Shown one piece after another: positions 21,985 to 32,298 of a stretch of 64,000 nucleotides of DNA (position 1 is the stretch's first letter; each line of letters starts with the position of its first letter). Made by a program: the position numbers and the translations under genes. The notes under the pieces are model-generated. The model did not search any database. It worked only from the letters and a program-made list of their open reading frames with translations, and was not told the DNA's origin. The stretch comes from Treponemataceae bacterium (GTDB taxonomy: Bacteria; Spirochaetota; Spirochaetia; Treponematales; Rectinemataceae): contig CAXXHO010000005.1 of assembly GCA_963667725.2 (NCBI GenBank), positions 352,001 to 416,000 of the forward strand, given 5' to 3'.

Positions 21985-22965
21985 TCAATTCATCCAATCG
22001 GAGAATTTGCCGCTGAGCTCTTCGCGGATCTTGGCAGCTTCGATCGCATCGTAGGGAATGAGCTTGATGTCGCCGAGGGCGGGAAGATACTTGGGACCGG
22101 GCAGATCGGTTACGACGACGCGGCGGTTCCTCGTACTCAGAATGAGTTTGTAGGCATCCTTGGAAGTGATGAAGTCCATCCACAGCTCGGCGTTTTTCGG
22201 ATTCGGGCCGTTGGCGATGATGCCGGACGCGTCGAAACGAGCGCCAGTTCCGTCCTTCGGATAGATGCAGACGACGGGAGCTCCCTCGCCGATATACTTG
22301 GCGACGTTGCCTTCGCCGGTCGCCGTGATGGCGTACTCGCCCCTCGCTACGGACTCGGGACCGACCGTGGAGCTGGAGGTGAAGGTGCATGCCTTGGCGA
22401 GCTTCTTCACGAAATCCTCGCCGTATAATTTATACATCATATAAAGCTGGGCATATGCCGAACCGGAAAGCGCGGGGTTGGCCATGATGATCTCGCCCTT
22501 GTATTTGGGATTGATCAGATCGGACCATGACTGGGGATAATCGGCTGGCTTCAGGAGCTTGGTGTTGACGATGAAAGCCTGGAGGGGCATGGAGAATCCG
22601 TAGTACTTGGGAACGGCGGCAGCGTCTTTCACGTCGGCGCCCAGATAATTGTGGTTTACGGATTTGTAGGCGCGGAAGAGGTCGTAGGCGCCGTCGAAGG
22701 ATTCCTTCGCGATGCCGAGGAGGATGTCTCCCTGCGGCTTCGGCTGTTCGGCGTTGAGGCGGGTTAGGAGCTCGCCGGAACCTGCCCTTATCACGCTTAC
22801 CTTAATATCCGGATGTTTCTCATTGAACTTGGCGACGAGGGCCTGGGCTTCATCCTCGGCCGCGGCGCTCCAGATGATGAGGCCCTTCGTCTCCTTGGAC
22901 GCCTGGGCGAATGCGGTGCCGGACACCAATGCGACGATCAAAAGTGCCATGATTAGCTTTTTCAA
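21985..22965 (-). CDS. ABC substrate-binding protein (Fe3+/phosphonate/polyamine type)
   Basis: TTG start at 22965 after AGGAGG, signal peptide, GSGELLTRL, ANPALSGSAY. Confidence 0.82.
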   Translation of the reverse strand: MKKLIMALLIVALVSGTAFAQASKETKGLIIWSAAAEDEAQALVAKFNEKHPDIKVSVIRAGSGELLTRLNAEQPKPQGDILLGIAKESFDGAYDLFRAYKSVNHNYLGADVKDAAAVPKYYGFSMPLQAFIVNTKLLKPADYPQSWSDLINPKYKGEIIMANPALSGSAYAQLYMMYKLYGEDFVKKLAKACTFTSSSTVGPESVARGEYAITATGEGNVAKYIGEGAPVVCIYPKDGTGARFDASGIIANGPNPKNAELWMDFITSKDAYKLILSTRNRRVVVTDLPGPKYLPALGDIKLIPYDAIEAAKIREELSGKFSDWMN

Positions 22966-23113
22966 AAATTGCCTCCTTTTGGATCGGCGATTACATAATC
23001 CGAACCGCTCCAATGTTCGCAAATTGTACCATGGGTCCCACCATAAGGCAATAAAAAATAAAAAAAGGAAAAGAAAAACAAAGATGCTTTCCCTTGCCGC
23101 CAATGCCCCGCCC

Positions 23114-24037
23114 TCAGCGCCCCGCCATCATCTGCCGCAGCAGACGATCGTTGCGAAGCGGTTCTTCCAGCAACTCCAGCACCATGTTGGCCCTGGAGCC
23201 GGCGAGAATGTCCAAAACCGCCCCAATAGGGAATCCATTCTTGTCGATGCTTTGATGATCGTCTTTGAAACGTCCAGGCCCCGAGGAGTTGCTGTGCAGA
23301 TGGCAGGTGAACACCTTCCCCGTAGAGACGATCTCCCTGATCCCATCCAGATAATCGAATCCGTACACAAAAGAACAGATGTAGAGATGTCCAACGTCCA
23401 GGCAGACGCCCAGATTGGGATGGAGCTTCGTGAGCGCCACCATCTCGTCGGGCGTATGGAAAAGATAGCCCACGCGCGGGTTGAGATTCTCGGCCGCCAC
23501 GCGGACCCCGAACTCATCGTATATGCCGGCCAGTTCAATCAGGTTCTCCTTAGTCCTGGCCGCGAAGCGCAGGTAGGACTCCTTGCTGTTGTAATCGGGG
23601 CCGCAGATGGAACCGTCCTTGAAGCGAACGTCGGCGCGGAACTCCTCCCTGCCGAGAAGCTCGCTTCGGAGCCTAAAGGCGCTGGGCATCCCGCTGTCCG
23701 TGGCGTACCCGGCGTGAAGCACCACGACGGAAGCGCCGAAACGACGCGCCGTCTCCAGCGTGTCCCGCATATCCCGGAAACTTCTCGCGATCACCCGGGA
23801 ATCGGCACTCGCGAAGTTGGGGAAAAACTCGGTAGCCGGACAGCAGGCATGGATTGAAAGAACCTTCCCCGCTATGAGCGGTTCGAGCTCGTCCAGGAAC
23901 TCCGCCGACATCGTATAACCCAGCTCGAACCTTCCCTCATCGCCCGCCTGGTCAAGATAGGCGCTCACCTCACCGACGTCTTTCATGTCGACCAAAGAAA
24001 TCGCCATGGCGGCCTTCCCGTCTGCATGCATCATCAT
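23114..24037 (-). CDS. Sugar-phosphate isomerase/epimerase (AP endonuclease 2 TIM barrel)
   Basis: VVLHAG, AAEN, CLDVGH, HLHSN. Confidence 0.75.
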   Translation of the reverse strand: MMMHADGKAAMAISLVDMKDVGEVSAYLDQAGDEGRFELGYTMSAEFLDELEPLIAGKVLSIHACCPATEFFPNFASADSRVIARSFRDMRDTLETARRFGASVVVLHAGYATDSGMPSAFRLRSELLGREEFRADVRFKDGSICGPDYNSKESYLRFAARTKENLIELAGIYDEFGVRVAAENLNPRVGYLFHTPDEMVALTKLHPNLGVCLDVGHLYICSFVYGFDYLDGIREIVSTGKVFTCHLHSNSSGPGRFKDDHQSIDKNGFPIGAVLDILAGSRANMVLELLEEPLRNDRLLRQMMAGR

Positions 24038-24044
24038 TCTCCCA

Positions 24045-24809
24045 TCACTCCGTCATCACCTGAACGCCCCGGGCTTCCAATGCCGCCCTTGTGTCGGGAT
24101 CTATCGCGTCCGTGATCAGAATATCTATCGAATCCCATCCGCACACCTTCGCCAGCGCCATCTTGCCGAACTTTGTCGAATCGACGAGAAGGCAGACCTT
24201 CGAGACGGCGCGGATCATCGCCTGCTTCGTGTCCGCCTCTATCAGATTGGTGCAGGTTATCCCATGCTCGAGCGAGACGCCGGCCGCCCCGAGAAAAAGA
24301 ATGTCGGCGTGGATCTGCTCAAAACTGTGCCGCGCGTGCGCGCCTATGAAGGACATGGATGGCCTTCTGAGAACGCCGCCGGAGACGATGAGCTCCACCT
24401 GCTCCACGCCCATCAGTTCCTGGACAACCAAAGCCGAGTTGGTGATGACCGTCAGGGGCCTTTCCGCCACATATTGGGCGAGATGCACGGTCGTGCTTCC
24501 GCTGTCGATGATGAGGCTGTGGCTCGATCCCGCCAGCCTGGAAGCTATCATGCAGATTTTCTTCTTCTTGTCGCTGTTCTCGTTTATCGTGTTGCGGATC
24601 TGCCTTACAAAATCGTGTTTTTCCGCCAGCACGGCCCCCCCGTGAGTACGCACGAGCAGCCCCTTCGACTCCAGATCGTCCAGATCGTTCCGGGCAGTCA
24701 CCTTCGAAATCGAAAAAAGCCGGGTAAGCTCAATCACTTCGACGGACTCCTTGGCATTGAGGAGTTCCACGATTCGCCGTTTGCGTTCTATGGAATTCAT
24801 CTGGCTCAT
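24045..24809 (-). CDS. DeoR/GlpR transcriptional regulator
   Basis: SKVTARNDLDDLE...RTHGGA, DSGST, DSTKFG. Confidence 0.9.
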   Translation of the reverse strand: MSQMNSIERKRRIVELLNAKESVEVIELTRLFSISKVTARNDLDDLESKGLLVRTHGGAVLAEKHDFVRQIRNTINENSDKKKKICMIASRLAGSSHSLIIDSGSTTVHLAQYVAERPLTVITNSALVVQELMGVEQVELIVSGGVLRRPSMSFIGAHARHSFEQIHADILFLGAAGVSLEHGITCTNLIEADTKQAMIRAVSKVCLLVDSTKFGKMALAKVCGWDSIDILITDAIDPDTRAALEARGVQVMTE

Positions 24810-24896
24810 CCCCCGAGAAGGTTTTCTTTTTCTTTCCTTTCCCTTCTTTTTGACTATATCATGGGGAGAATGAGTCGGATATATGGGAAACGCCAT

Positions 24897-26195
24897 TTAT
24901 CGTGCTAACGAGTCCAGCTCCGTGAATACCTTTCTGAAGGCATCGATATAGGGATCGATCAGCCTATGGTCGTCATGCTTGAACCAAGGCACGCTGAAAG
25001 AACGATCGGCCACCCTCTCGGCCTTCGGACAGGAACCGCGCCCCTGCCTCACATCCCGATCCGTAAAACTGATCATCGTCGGCTTGCCCAGTCCGAAAAA
25101 ATCCAGGTCGTTGAATACGGGATGCAGGTGCAGCGGGCCGTTCTTGATGGTGGAGCAGACCTTCACCCCTTCGGCGCGCAAAGCCAGGCATACCTTGCCC
25201 AGGAATTTCTCGGGGAAACTCGAATAATCGAAAAGCCCCTGCGGATAATACCAGCCTCCCATATATGAGCCATCGGCGCGCGAAATCCTGTGCGCGGCGA
25301 GGTGAGGGACGTCGGCCAGCGAATCCCAGAAATATTCCATGGCCTTGTTGATCTCGGCTATGCGCTGGTCGTAATACTTGAGCTGAACCCTTCCCACGGC
25401 GCTGCTCATCTGGTGCATGCGCTGCTTGCACCCGCCGGCGGGGATACCGGCGAACTTCTGCAGCGCGGGGTCGGTGAGTTGGTTGTCCGGGTTGAAGAAT
25501 TCGGAGCCACCGCCCGTCCTTTCATAGAAACCGAAGGAGATGCAGCGCTCGTAGATGACTCTGTCGTTCGTGAATACCATGCCGGCTTCGCCGATCGCGA
25601 AACTTTTCGCCGTCATCAGGCTCATTATAGACACATCGCCCAAGGTACCGCATTTGCGACCCTTGTAGAGACTGCCCTGCGCGTGCGACGCGTCCTCGAT
25701 CACCTTCAGCCCGTGCTTTCGCGCTATCGGCAGGATCTTGTCCATGTCGCAGGGATGCGCCGCGTAATGCACGACGACAATGGCCTTCGTCCGCGGCCCT
25801 ATCCTGCGCTCGATGTCGTCGGGATCTATGCAGAGCGTCGTCTCGTCGATATCCGCGAAATTTACCGCCGCCCCGAAAGTCAGCGCCGGCGCGGCGCTCG
25901 CCCAATACGTCATGGCGGGACAAATCACTTCGTCGCCGGCGCCTATGCCGCATGCCCACATAGCTGCCTGTATTCCCGCCGTCCCGTTGCAGTAGCCGAG
26001 GGCATACTTCATTCCAAGCCAGGCGGCCATTTCCTTCTCGAACTTCTTCGTGATCTCGGTGCCGCTCATGCTGCGCTCGTGGAGCACGGAGAGGACTGCC
26101 TGCTCGTCTTCTTCGGTGATTATCGGCCAGAGAAACAGATCCTTGGATTCTTCCTGGATAGTCGGTTTCCCGCCGTTCAATGCTAATGTTGACAT
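24897..26195 (-). CDS. DegT/DnrJ/EryC1/StrS sugar aminotransferase
   Basis: LALNGG, NGTAG, IEDASHAQG, PLP lysine region SLMTAKS. Confidence 0.88.
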   Translation of the reverse strand: MSTLALNGGKPTIQEESKDLFLWPIITEEDEQAVLSVLHERSMSGTEITKKFEKEMAAWLGMKYALGYCNGTAGIQAAMWACGIGAGDEVICPAMTYWASAAPALTFGAAVNFADIDETTLCIDPDDIERRIGPRTKAIVVVHYAAHPCDMDKILPIARKHGLKVIEDASHAQGSLYKGRKCGTLGDVSIMSLMTAKSFAIGEAGMVFTNDRVIYERCISFGFYERTGGGSEFFNPDNQLTDPALQKFAGIPAGGCKQRMHQMSSAVGRVQLKYYDQRIAEINKAMEYFWDSLADVPHLAAHRISRADGSYMGGWYYPQGLFDYSSFPEKFLGKVCLALRAEGVKVCSTIKNGPLHLHPVFNDLDFFGLGKPTMISFTDRDVRQGRGSCPKAERVADRSFSVPWFKHDDHRLIDPYIDAFRKVFTELDSLAR

Positions 26196-28978
26196 GAACC
26201 TACCTCCTCCCGCATAGAGACAAATAATCGATATATCATATCTTCGGTATCGACAGACAGCGGCGCCGGAAATCCGTAGAACTTGAAAGCCGACTCCACT
26301 TCATAGCCGCCCTCGGCGAAAGCGTCCCTCGTGGGAATATAGCCGACCGAGCCTCCGCTGTAGCCGCATACTATCATGGAAGCGGGGCGCGCGTTCCGTT
26401 TCAGCGTCTTTCCTATCCGGCAAAACGCTTCTCCCGGAAGGGAGAAGAATAAAAGCGAATCTCCCAGCGAGCAGAGCGAAAACCGCGCGCGCGCCGTCGT
26501 CTTGCCAGCAAAGGCATGGCGGGCGTCGAAAGCGTTCGCGAGCAGGTCGCGAGCCCAGGCGAGATAGGTTTGCGCCGTCAGGAGCGGGTTTTCGTGGCTT
26601 CCCGCGAAGCCCCCATCCTTTTTCGTCGCCGCCTTCAGCTCACCGATTTCCGCCTCCAGTCGCTTCGCCAATTCTTCCAGCTCCCCGTAAGCCGGCGGGG
26701 ATGCCAGCGGCAGCTCGACTTCCCTTGTCGACACCGTCAGCAGTCGGCCCTCGATCCACATCTTTTCGCCGGCCTTAAGCTCGCTGAAGATGGCGGATAC
26801 GCGCTCCGCGATTTTCAGACCCATGCGGTCGATGTCGGCCGCCGAACCCTCCGCGAACTCGGTGCCTTCCTCATTCAGGATCATGGGGCGGATATCACCG
26901 CACGCGCCCTGTATCGGGACTACCACGACATTCTGGCCGAATATCCCGCGAATCCGCGCGGCCGCCCTCCCCGGATAGTCAGCTGAAATCTCATGCAGGG
27001 CGACGCTCAGCGTTGTAGGGTGAATCGCCAGGTTAACAAGGAGTTCCTTCAGCTTTCCCTCTCTATCGAAAAGGAACAGCCCGACGAGCTCTTTGTCGTT
27101 TTCGCCCCGGTAATTCGGCCTCATGCTCACTTTTCCGGTCCCGGGATCTCGGAATCTTCTATTTATACCGACCCCTTCGAGCATGGAGACGCCCGAGAGG
27201 CCGACCGCTGGTTCCATATTCTCTCGAGCCGCGATTATGGTCTCATGCATGGACTTTCCGAGCGATTCCAGGAAAAGCCTGTCGCTTTTAAGAAGCCCCA
27301 AGTCGATCGCGGCGGGTGCCGTATGCGTGTGTATGGCCAATAGGAAAACATTCTTTTTCGGTATGCCGTACCTGGTCTCGACTTCGCCATAAAAACTTTC
27401 CGACCATTCGGGAGAGAATTCCAGTACATCGGCGGATAAAAGAAGAGCCTGCTCGCGGGCGGAAGCGAACCAGCAGCATCTGACGCGCAGGGGATCCATC
27501 TCCCTATCCGCGGGTTCCGTTCTCGTGATATGCCCCTGCAGCCTAACTCCCAGCCGCGCCGGAACCATCGCCTCCGCCGACCCGCATAGCATGGTGCCGA
27601 CCATTCCTAGTATCTCGTATACGTCGAGGAGGGGCATTCCCGTGTGGTAACCGGCATCGATATCAGGCGTCGCCGGTATTATCGGCACAACCTCCCCGGA
27701 CAGGGAGACCGTCTGTACTGGAATGCCAATGGCGGAGGGCTTAAGATAGACCCTCTCGATGCAGGCCAGATACGACTTGACCTGGTCCACGCAATATCGC
27801 TTCTTCCCCTCATCTCGCGTCATCATGTACAGCTCGGCGAAGGTCCTCGCCGCTTCGAAGCTCGACCACCAGGGGCAGTTCCCGTTCAGGATTTCACCAG
27901 TCAGCGCATCGACGCTCCTGACAATTCCCCCATGAGGAGCTCGTCCCATCTCGTTGTACCTAATCGCCAGGGAACAAAGCGTTTCGATAGTCTCGCCCCA
28001 TCCTTCCCGGAACTTCGTCATACGGGCTCCAGCGCCTGATGTGGCGTCGCCCCTCTCAGTCCCGCCCGCCGCGTGCCTGAAAAACTGCAGCGCAAGCCCC
28101 GCGAACTCTATGGTATGGCCGGGATTCGTCGTCAAATGCCCCCTGTCCCGTAGGGGCAGGCCATCGCCGTCGAACGCGTCGATCATCAGCAGTTCCGGAA
28201 GAGAATCCTTATGAATATGTCTGGAAAGCGCCGAACCTATGGCATCGACGCCCCTGGCCAAATCTTCCTCCGCCCGCGTCTGGGCGAAGAGAAGTTCGCA
28301 GGCGCCAATGGATATCATCTGCCCTTCGTAGCCATTTCTCGTCGCGGAAAAATTTTCGCCGCCATTCTTTCCGAACTCTATCTGATCGTCGAGGCATTCT
28401 CCTCGTATCGAGGCGTCCACCGCGTTCCTGAGCAGCGGCACGATCCGCTCCAGGTCGGCCTTATAATTCCTATATCCCGCATAGGCCATGAGCCCGCGCA
28501 GCACGAAAAGCTGTGCCAGCGTTGTCTGGTCCTTCCCGAATTCCCGGCCCATGGAATTTCCCGCCGGATCCATGACGAAATACGCCTTAATGCCGGAAGG
28601 AGGAAGACAGACATCCATGATCTTCCGGTACAGCGATTCCGCGGTTCCTGCCAGTTTTTCCCTGTCCAGTACCGTAAATCCCGGCATTGTCTCGAGCCAG
28701 CGCAGGTGGGCCGTCAGAGATTCCAGTCCCCTACCCTGAATCCAGCCATACACCCTGTCTTTTCTGTAGAAATCCTGCGAACCATCCCTCTCTCGCCCAT
28801 CCACGGGATCGAATTTCATGTCGACCCAGCCCGGGGCGGCTTTGTTCTCCCTATAGCGGCTAACCAACATTTCCATCGTGGGGACGGGAATGCCCCTTAG
28901 CAGCGGCAGCAGTCCCGCCAATTCCATTCTCTGCCGAAGCTCCTCGGGCAGCGCTATCGATGCATCAATCTTATTCAA
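26183..28978 (-). CDS. Fusion of an AGE (N-acylglucosamine 2-epimerase)-like domain and a neutral/alkaline ceramidase-like domain
   Basis: N-half has WIQGR, NPGHTIE, WWSSFEA, DAGYH. C-half has AIHTHTAP, GINRR, AIHPT, ISADYPG, QGACGD, LPGEAF, GYIPT..AF.EGGYE. Confidence 0.7.
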   Translation of the reverse strand: MNKIDASIALPEELRQRMELAGLLPLLRGIPVPTMEMLVSRYRENKAAPGWVDMKFDPVDGRERDGSQDFYRKDRVYGWIQGRGLESLTAHLRWLETMPGFTVLDREKLAGTAESLYRKIMDVCLPPSGIKAYFVMDPAGNSMGREFGKDQTTLAQLFVLRGLMAYAGYRNYKADLERIVPLLRNAVDASIRGECLDDQIEFGKNGGENFSATRNGYEGQMISIGACELLFAQTRAEEDLARGVDAIGSALSRHIHKDSLPELLMIDAFDGDGLPLRDRGHLTTNPGHTIEFAGLALQFFRHAAGGTERGDATSGAGARMTKFREGWGETIETLCSLAIRYNEMGRAPHGGIVRSVDALTGEILNGNCPWWSSFEAARTFAELYMMTRDEGKKRYCVDQVKSYLACIERVYLKPSAIGIPVQTVSLSGEVVPIIPATPDIDAGYHTGMPLLDVYEILGMVGTMLCGSAEAMVPARLGVRLQGHITRTEPADREMDPLRVRCCWFASAREQALLLSADVLEFSPEWSESFYGEVETRYGIPKKNVFLLAIHTHTAPAAIDLGLLKSDRLFLESLGKSMHETIIAARENMEPAVGLSGVSMLEGVGINRRFRDPGTGKVSMRPNYRGENDKELVGLFLFDREGKLKELLVNLAIHPTTLSVALHEISADYPGRAAARIRGIFGQNVVVVPIQGACGDIRPMILNEEGTEFAEGSAADIDRMGLKIAERVSAIFSELKAGEKMWIEGRLLTVSTREVELPLASPPAYGELEELAKRLEAEIGELKAATKKDGGFAGSHENPLLTAQTYLAWARDLLANAFDARHAFAGKTTARARFSLCSLGDSLLFFSLPGEAFCRIGKTLKRNARPASMIVCGYSGGSVGYIPTRDAFAEGGYEVESAFKFYGFPAPLSVDTEDMIYRLFVSMREEVGSCQH

Positions 28979-28995
28979 GGTGCGCCTCTATGTAG

Positions 28996-29829
28996 TTATG
29001 CTTTCATACCCGTCAACGTTATTCCCTTCACAATATGCTTCCTCAGAATCATGAACACGATCATCACCGGCAATATGGAGAGCACGGAACCCGCGTTGAT
29101 CGGCCCAAGATCCACCGAAAACCTGTACTGGAACATGCCCAGGCCCAGTTCCATCGTCCACAGCTCCCTGCTGCTGGTTATGATCAAAGGCCATATGAAG
29201 GCGGCCCATGTCTGCATGAAGGAGAATATCGCGAGCGCGTTGGCCGATCCTGAAAGCAGAGGCAGCACGATCCGCCAATAGATGCCGAATTCCGACAGTC
29301 CATCGATCCGCGCCGCGTCAATCAATTCGTCGGGTATTGTCGTGTGCACGTTCTGCCTCATGAAGAAAATACCGTAGCTCATGACGAGGTAAGGCGCCAC
29401 CAGGCCCATGAACTTGTTCACCCAGCCAAACTGCACCATTCGCAAGTAAAGAGGGATCATATAGGTTTCGAAGGGAACCATGGCGGTGGCGAGAATCATC
29501 ATGAAAAGCAAATTCTTCATCGGAAAGGAGAACTTGCCGAACACATACCCCGCCAACGTCGAAGTTAGAAGAACACATATTGTTGAGAAAACCGACAACG
29601 CGACGCTGTTGAGGAAAAAGCGGACGAAGGGCGCGGTCTTGAACACCGTCGCGTAATTTTCGAGCGTCCAGGTATCGGGAATGAACTTGGGCGGCCAGCT
29701 CAACACTTCCGAAGCCGGCTTGAACGATGTCGAAAGCATCCAGATGAAAGGAAGCACCATTATAACAGTGCCGCCGATGAGAGCCAGATGCTTCGCGATG
29801 GATAGGGTCGATAATTTCTTCATTTTCAT
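28996..29829 (-). CDS. Carbohydrate ABC permease (MalG-like)
   Basis: IPDELIDAARIDG. True start MKMKK at 29829. Confidence 0.88.
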   Translation of the reverse strand: MKMKKLSTLSIAKHLALIGGTVIMVLPFIWMLSTSFKPASEVLSWPPKFIPDTWTLENYATVFKTAPFVRFFLNSVALSVFSTICVLLTSTLAGYVFGKFSFPMKNLLFMMILATAMVPFETYMIPLYLRMVQFGWVNKFMGLVAPYLVMSYGIFFMRQNVHTTIPDELIDAARIDGLSEFGIYWRIVLPLLSGSANALAIFSFMQTWAAFIWPLIITSSRELWTMELGLGMFQYRFSVDLGPINAGSVLSILPVMIVFMILRKHIVKGITLTGMKA

Positions 29830-30797
29830 GATGCCGCATGCCTTCTTTTCTTGGGTTCCTTTCCGCCCAGCCCGAACTGGAGGAAAGTGAGTACAAGGAT
29901 GATGAGGAGAAGCATCACGGCTTCCGCCGCGGCATACCCTGTCTTGAAATAGCGGAAGGCGTTCTCGTAAATGTCGAAAACAAGCGTCCGCACGGCCCCC
30001 CCGGGAGCTCCCTGTGCGCCTGAAGTCATGATGTAGACCTGAGTGAAGACATTGTAGGAATTGATTGTCGTGATGACGGTCACGAGGAGGATGATCGGCC
30101 TGAGCAGCGGAAGTATGATCTTCCCGAATATCTGCCCCCTGGAAGCGCCGTCGATCATGGCTGCCTCGATGTAGGTTTCGGGTATGTCCCTGATACCTAC
30201 CAGGAAGATGATCATATTGTATCCGATTATCTTCCATACGCTCATGATGATGATGGCAAGCAACGCTGTCTGAGGGTAGATGAGCCAACCGATGGGCTCT
30301 ATCCCGAACCAGGACAATATGTAATTCAGCAAGCCGTAGGTGGGATCGTAGATCCATTTCCAGACTACGGCCACAGGTACCATGGGCGTGATTACGGGCA
30401 GGAAAAACGCGGTTTCGTAGAGAAGGCTCATTTTCGAGGGCGCGGCAAGCATGAGCGCGACGAGCAGCGCGATGACGACGCCGAAAAAAGTCACGAAGAC
30501 GGCGAAGATGGTCGTGTTTTTTATGGATATGGCGAAGAGGTTATCGGAAAACAGCTCCTTGTAGTTGCTGAATCCCACGAACTCCGCCATCGGATTTCCG
30601 ATTGAGGAATTGAAGAAACTGTAGAGCACATTCTGGGCGATAGGCACGATTCTCAAAATGGCGTACATCGCGATTATTGGGATCAGCGCCCCGTAGGCAA
30701 AGAGATATCTTTGTCTTTTCGTCTTGTCGATCTGGCGAAGTTTTCCTGGCTGTTTCATTTTCTTTTCCATGGAATTAGCTGCATCGTGTTGCGCCAT
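29826..30797 (-). CDS. Carbohydrate ABC permease (MalF-like); start uncertain
   Basis: FVGFSNY, YIEAAMIDGA, GYAAA. Confidence 0.88.
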   Translation of the reverse strand: MAQHDAANSMEKKMKQPGKLRQIDKTKRQRYLFAYGALIPIIAMYAILRIVPIAQNVLYSFFNSSIGNPMAEFVGFSNYKELFSDNLFAISIKNTTIFAVFVTFFGVVIALLVALMLAAPSKMSLLYETAFFLPVITPMVPVAVVWKWIYDPTYGLLNYILSWFGIEPIGWLIYPQTALLAIIIMSVWKIIGYNMIIFLVGIRDIPETYIEAAMIDGASRGQIFGKIILPLLRPIILLVTVITTINSYNVFTQVYIMTSGAQGAPGGAVRTLVFDIYENAFRYFKTGYAAAEAVMLLLIILVLTFLQFGLGGKEPKKRRHAAS

Positions 30798-30888
30798 AGT
30801 TCCGGTATCGCATCTCTACCTAAGCGAAATGTCTTCGGAGGAAAAATCCTCCGAAGACATCCATTGGAATCGTTGATTCGGACGATGA

Positions 30889-32178
30889 TCACTCGCTGAA
30901 AAGTTTCGCCTTCTTGAGAATGGTATTAGTTTCCTCGGCCGCGTCCGCGATGACTTTCGCAATCGCCGCGTCGTTGCCGGCGAGACCTTCGTTCAGATAG
31001 GCCATCGAGAGTCTCTCGGCGAACTTCGTGAGGAGTTCGTCAAAAGCGGCGATGGGAATGTAGCCGTATTCCTGGTATCCGGCCGGCATCTCCACAAAGC
31101 CCTTGAGCTGGGGTTTTCTGGCCAGAATGGCGGAGAAATCCACATCCTGGCGGGAGGGCAGCCAGCCTACGTTGTCCAGCATCCACTGCTGATTCTCGTC
31201 ATTGACGAGAAACTCGATGAAATCCCAGGCCACATCCTGGTTCTTGCTGGATTTGGTCACATAGAGATTCTGAAGGTTCGTGATCCTGCCGCCGCGCATA
31301 TCGGTCGGAACCGGCGCCGTGGCGTAGTTCAGCTTGGGAGCCTTGGCGGCGATGTCGCCTATGACCCAGGACTCGCGCAGGAACATGGCTGTCTGCTCAA
31401 GCTCGAAGGCTTCCGCGTCGTGCTTGATCTTCAGCGAATCCCATTTGTCGGTGTATACGGCGTCCAGATAGTATTTGAGCGCTTTTCTTCCGGCGTCGTT
31501 GTTGTAGCCGGCATGGTACTTGCCATCTTCTTTTCCGGGTTCCAGAATACTTCCGCCCATCGGGAACAGCACGAACCAGAATTTTTCGGCGATGCCAGAA
31601 CCCTGGCCCGAAAGCCTCAGGCTATGGCCGCTGCGCACGAGGTTGCCGTTCTTGTCGAAAACGGCCAGCTTCTTCGCGTATTCGTACATCTCTTCATAGG
31701 TCTTGGGCGCCCTGGAGAGGCCTGCCGCCTTGAACATGTCCACGTTCCAGTAAAGAGCCGTCTTGCCCTGGAAAAAGGGAACGCCGTACAAGGTCTTCTT
31801 GTAGGTCAGACTTTCCTTGGTGAACGAAGTATAGCGTCCGGCTTTATTGACATAGCTCACGAGATTCGCGGGAGTCTTGGGAATGAATCCGGCTTCGACA
31901 AACTTCTGGAGCGCGTAACCCGAAACGTCCAGGATATCGGCTGCCGTGTTGGAAGGAATGGTGGCCGAAAGTTTCTGCTCATATTCGCGCAGCGGATGCG
32001 TCAAAATATCGAAGCTGACGTTCGGATGCAGCTTTTGATATCCTTCCGCCGCGTGCTTGAAAAGCGGTTCCATTTCCGGATAGCCGGACCACACGGAAAG
32101 TTTGATCGGTTTATCGGCCGCGAAGGCGAGGCTGCCGGCGAGCAGCATGATAAACAGAATAGCGAACGTTCTTTTCAT
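30889..32178 (-). CDS. Sugar ABC substrate-binding protein
   Basis: Signal peptide MKRTF...AFA, LYWNVDMFKAAGL, AWDFIEFL. Confidence 0.85.
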   Translation of the reverse strand: MKRTFAILFIMLLAGSLAFAADKPIKLSVWSGYPEMEPLFKHAAEGYQKLHPNVSFDILTHPLREYEQKLSATIPSNTAADILDVSGYALQKFVEAGFIPKTPANLVSYVNKAGRYTSFTKESLTYKKTLYGVPFFQGKTALYWNVDMFKAAGLSRAPKTYEEMYEYAKKLAVFDKNGNLVRSGHSLRLSGQGSGIAEKFWFVLFPMGGSILEPGKEDGKYHAGYNNDAGRKALKYYLDAVYTDKWDSLKIKHDAEAFELEQTAMFLRESWVIGDIAAKAPKLNYATAPVPTDMRGGRITNLQNLYVTKSSKNQDVAWDFIEFLVNDENQQWMLDNVGWLPSRQDVDFSAILARKPQLKGFVEMPAGYQEYGYIPIAAFDELLTKFAERLSMAYLNEGLAGNDAAIAKVIADAAEETNTILKKAKLFSE

Positions 32179-32298
32179 TCTTTTCCCCCTCTTTAAATTT
32201 TTTGTTGATTGCTCAACAATTTTCAAAAACGAATGTCGTTCATGCCAGAGCGGCGCCAAGATATCGCTCGCGCCGCTCTGTCGTTGCCGCTAGCCCGG

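Noticed and set aside
29830..30357. 453-aa version of the sugar permease
   Set aside because: It overlaps the upstream permease in another frame; the real start is at 29829.
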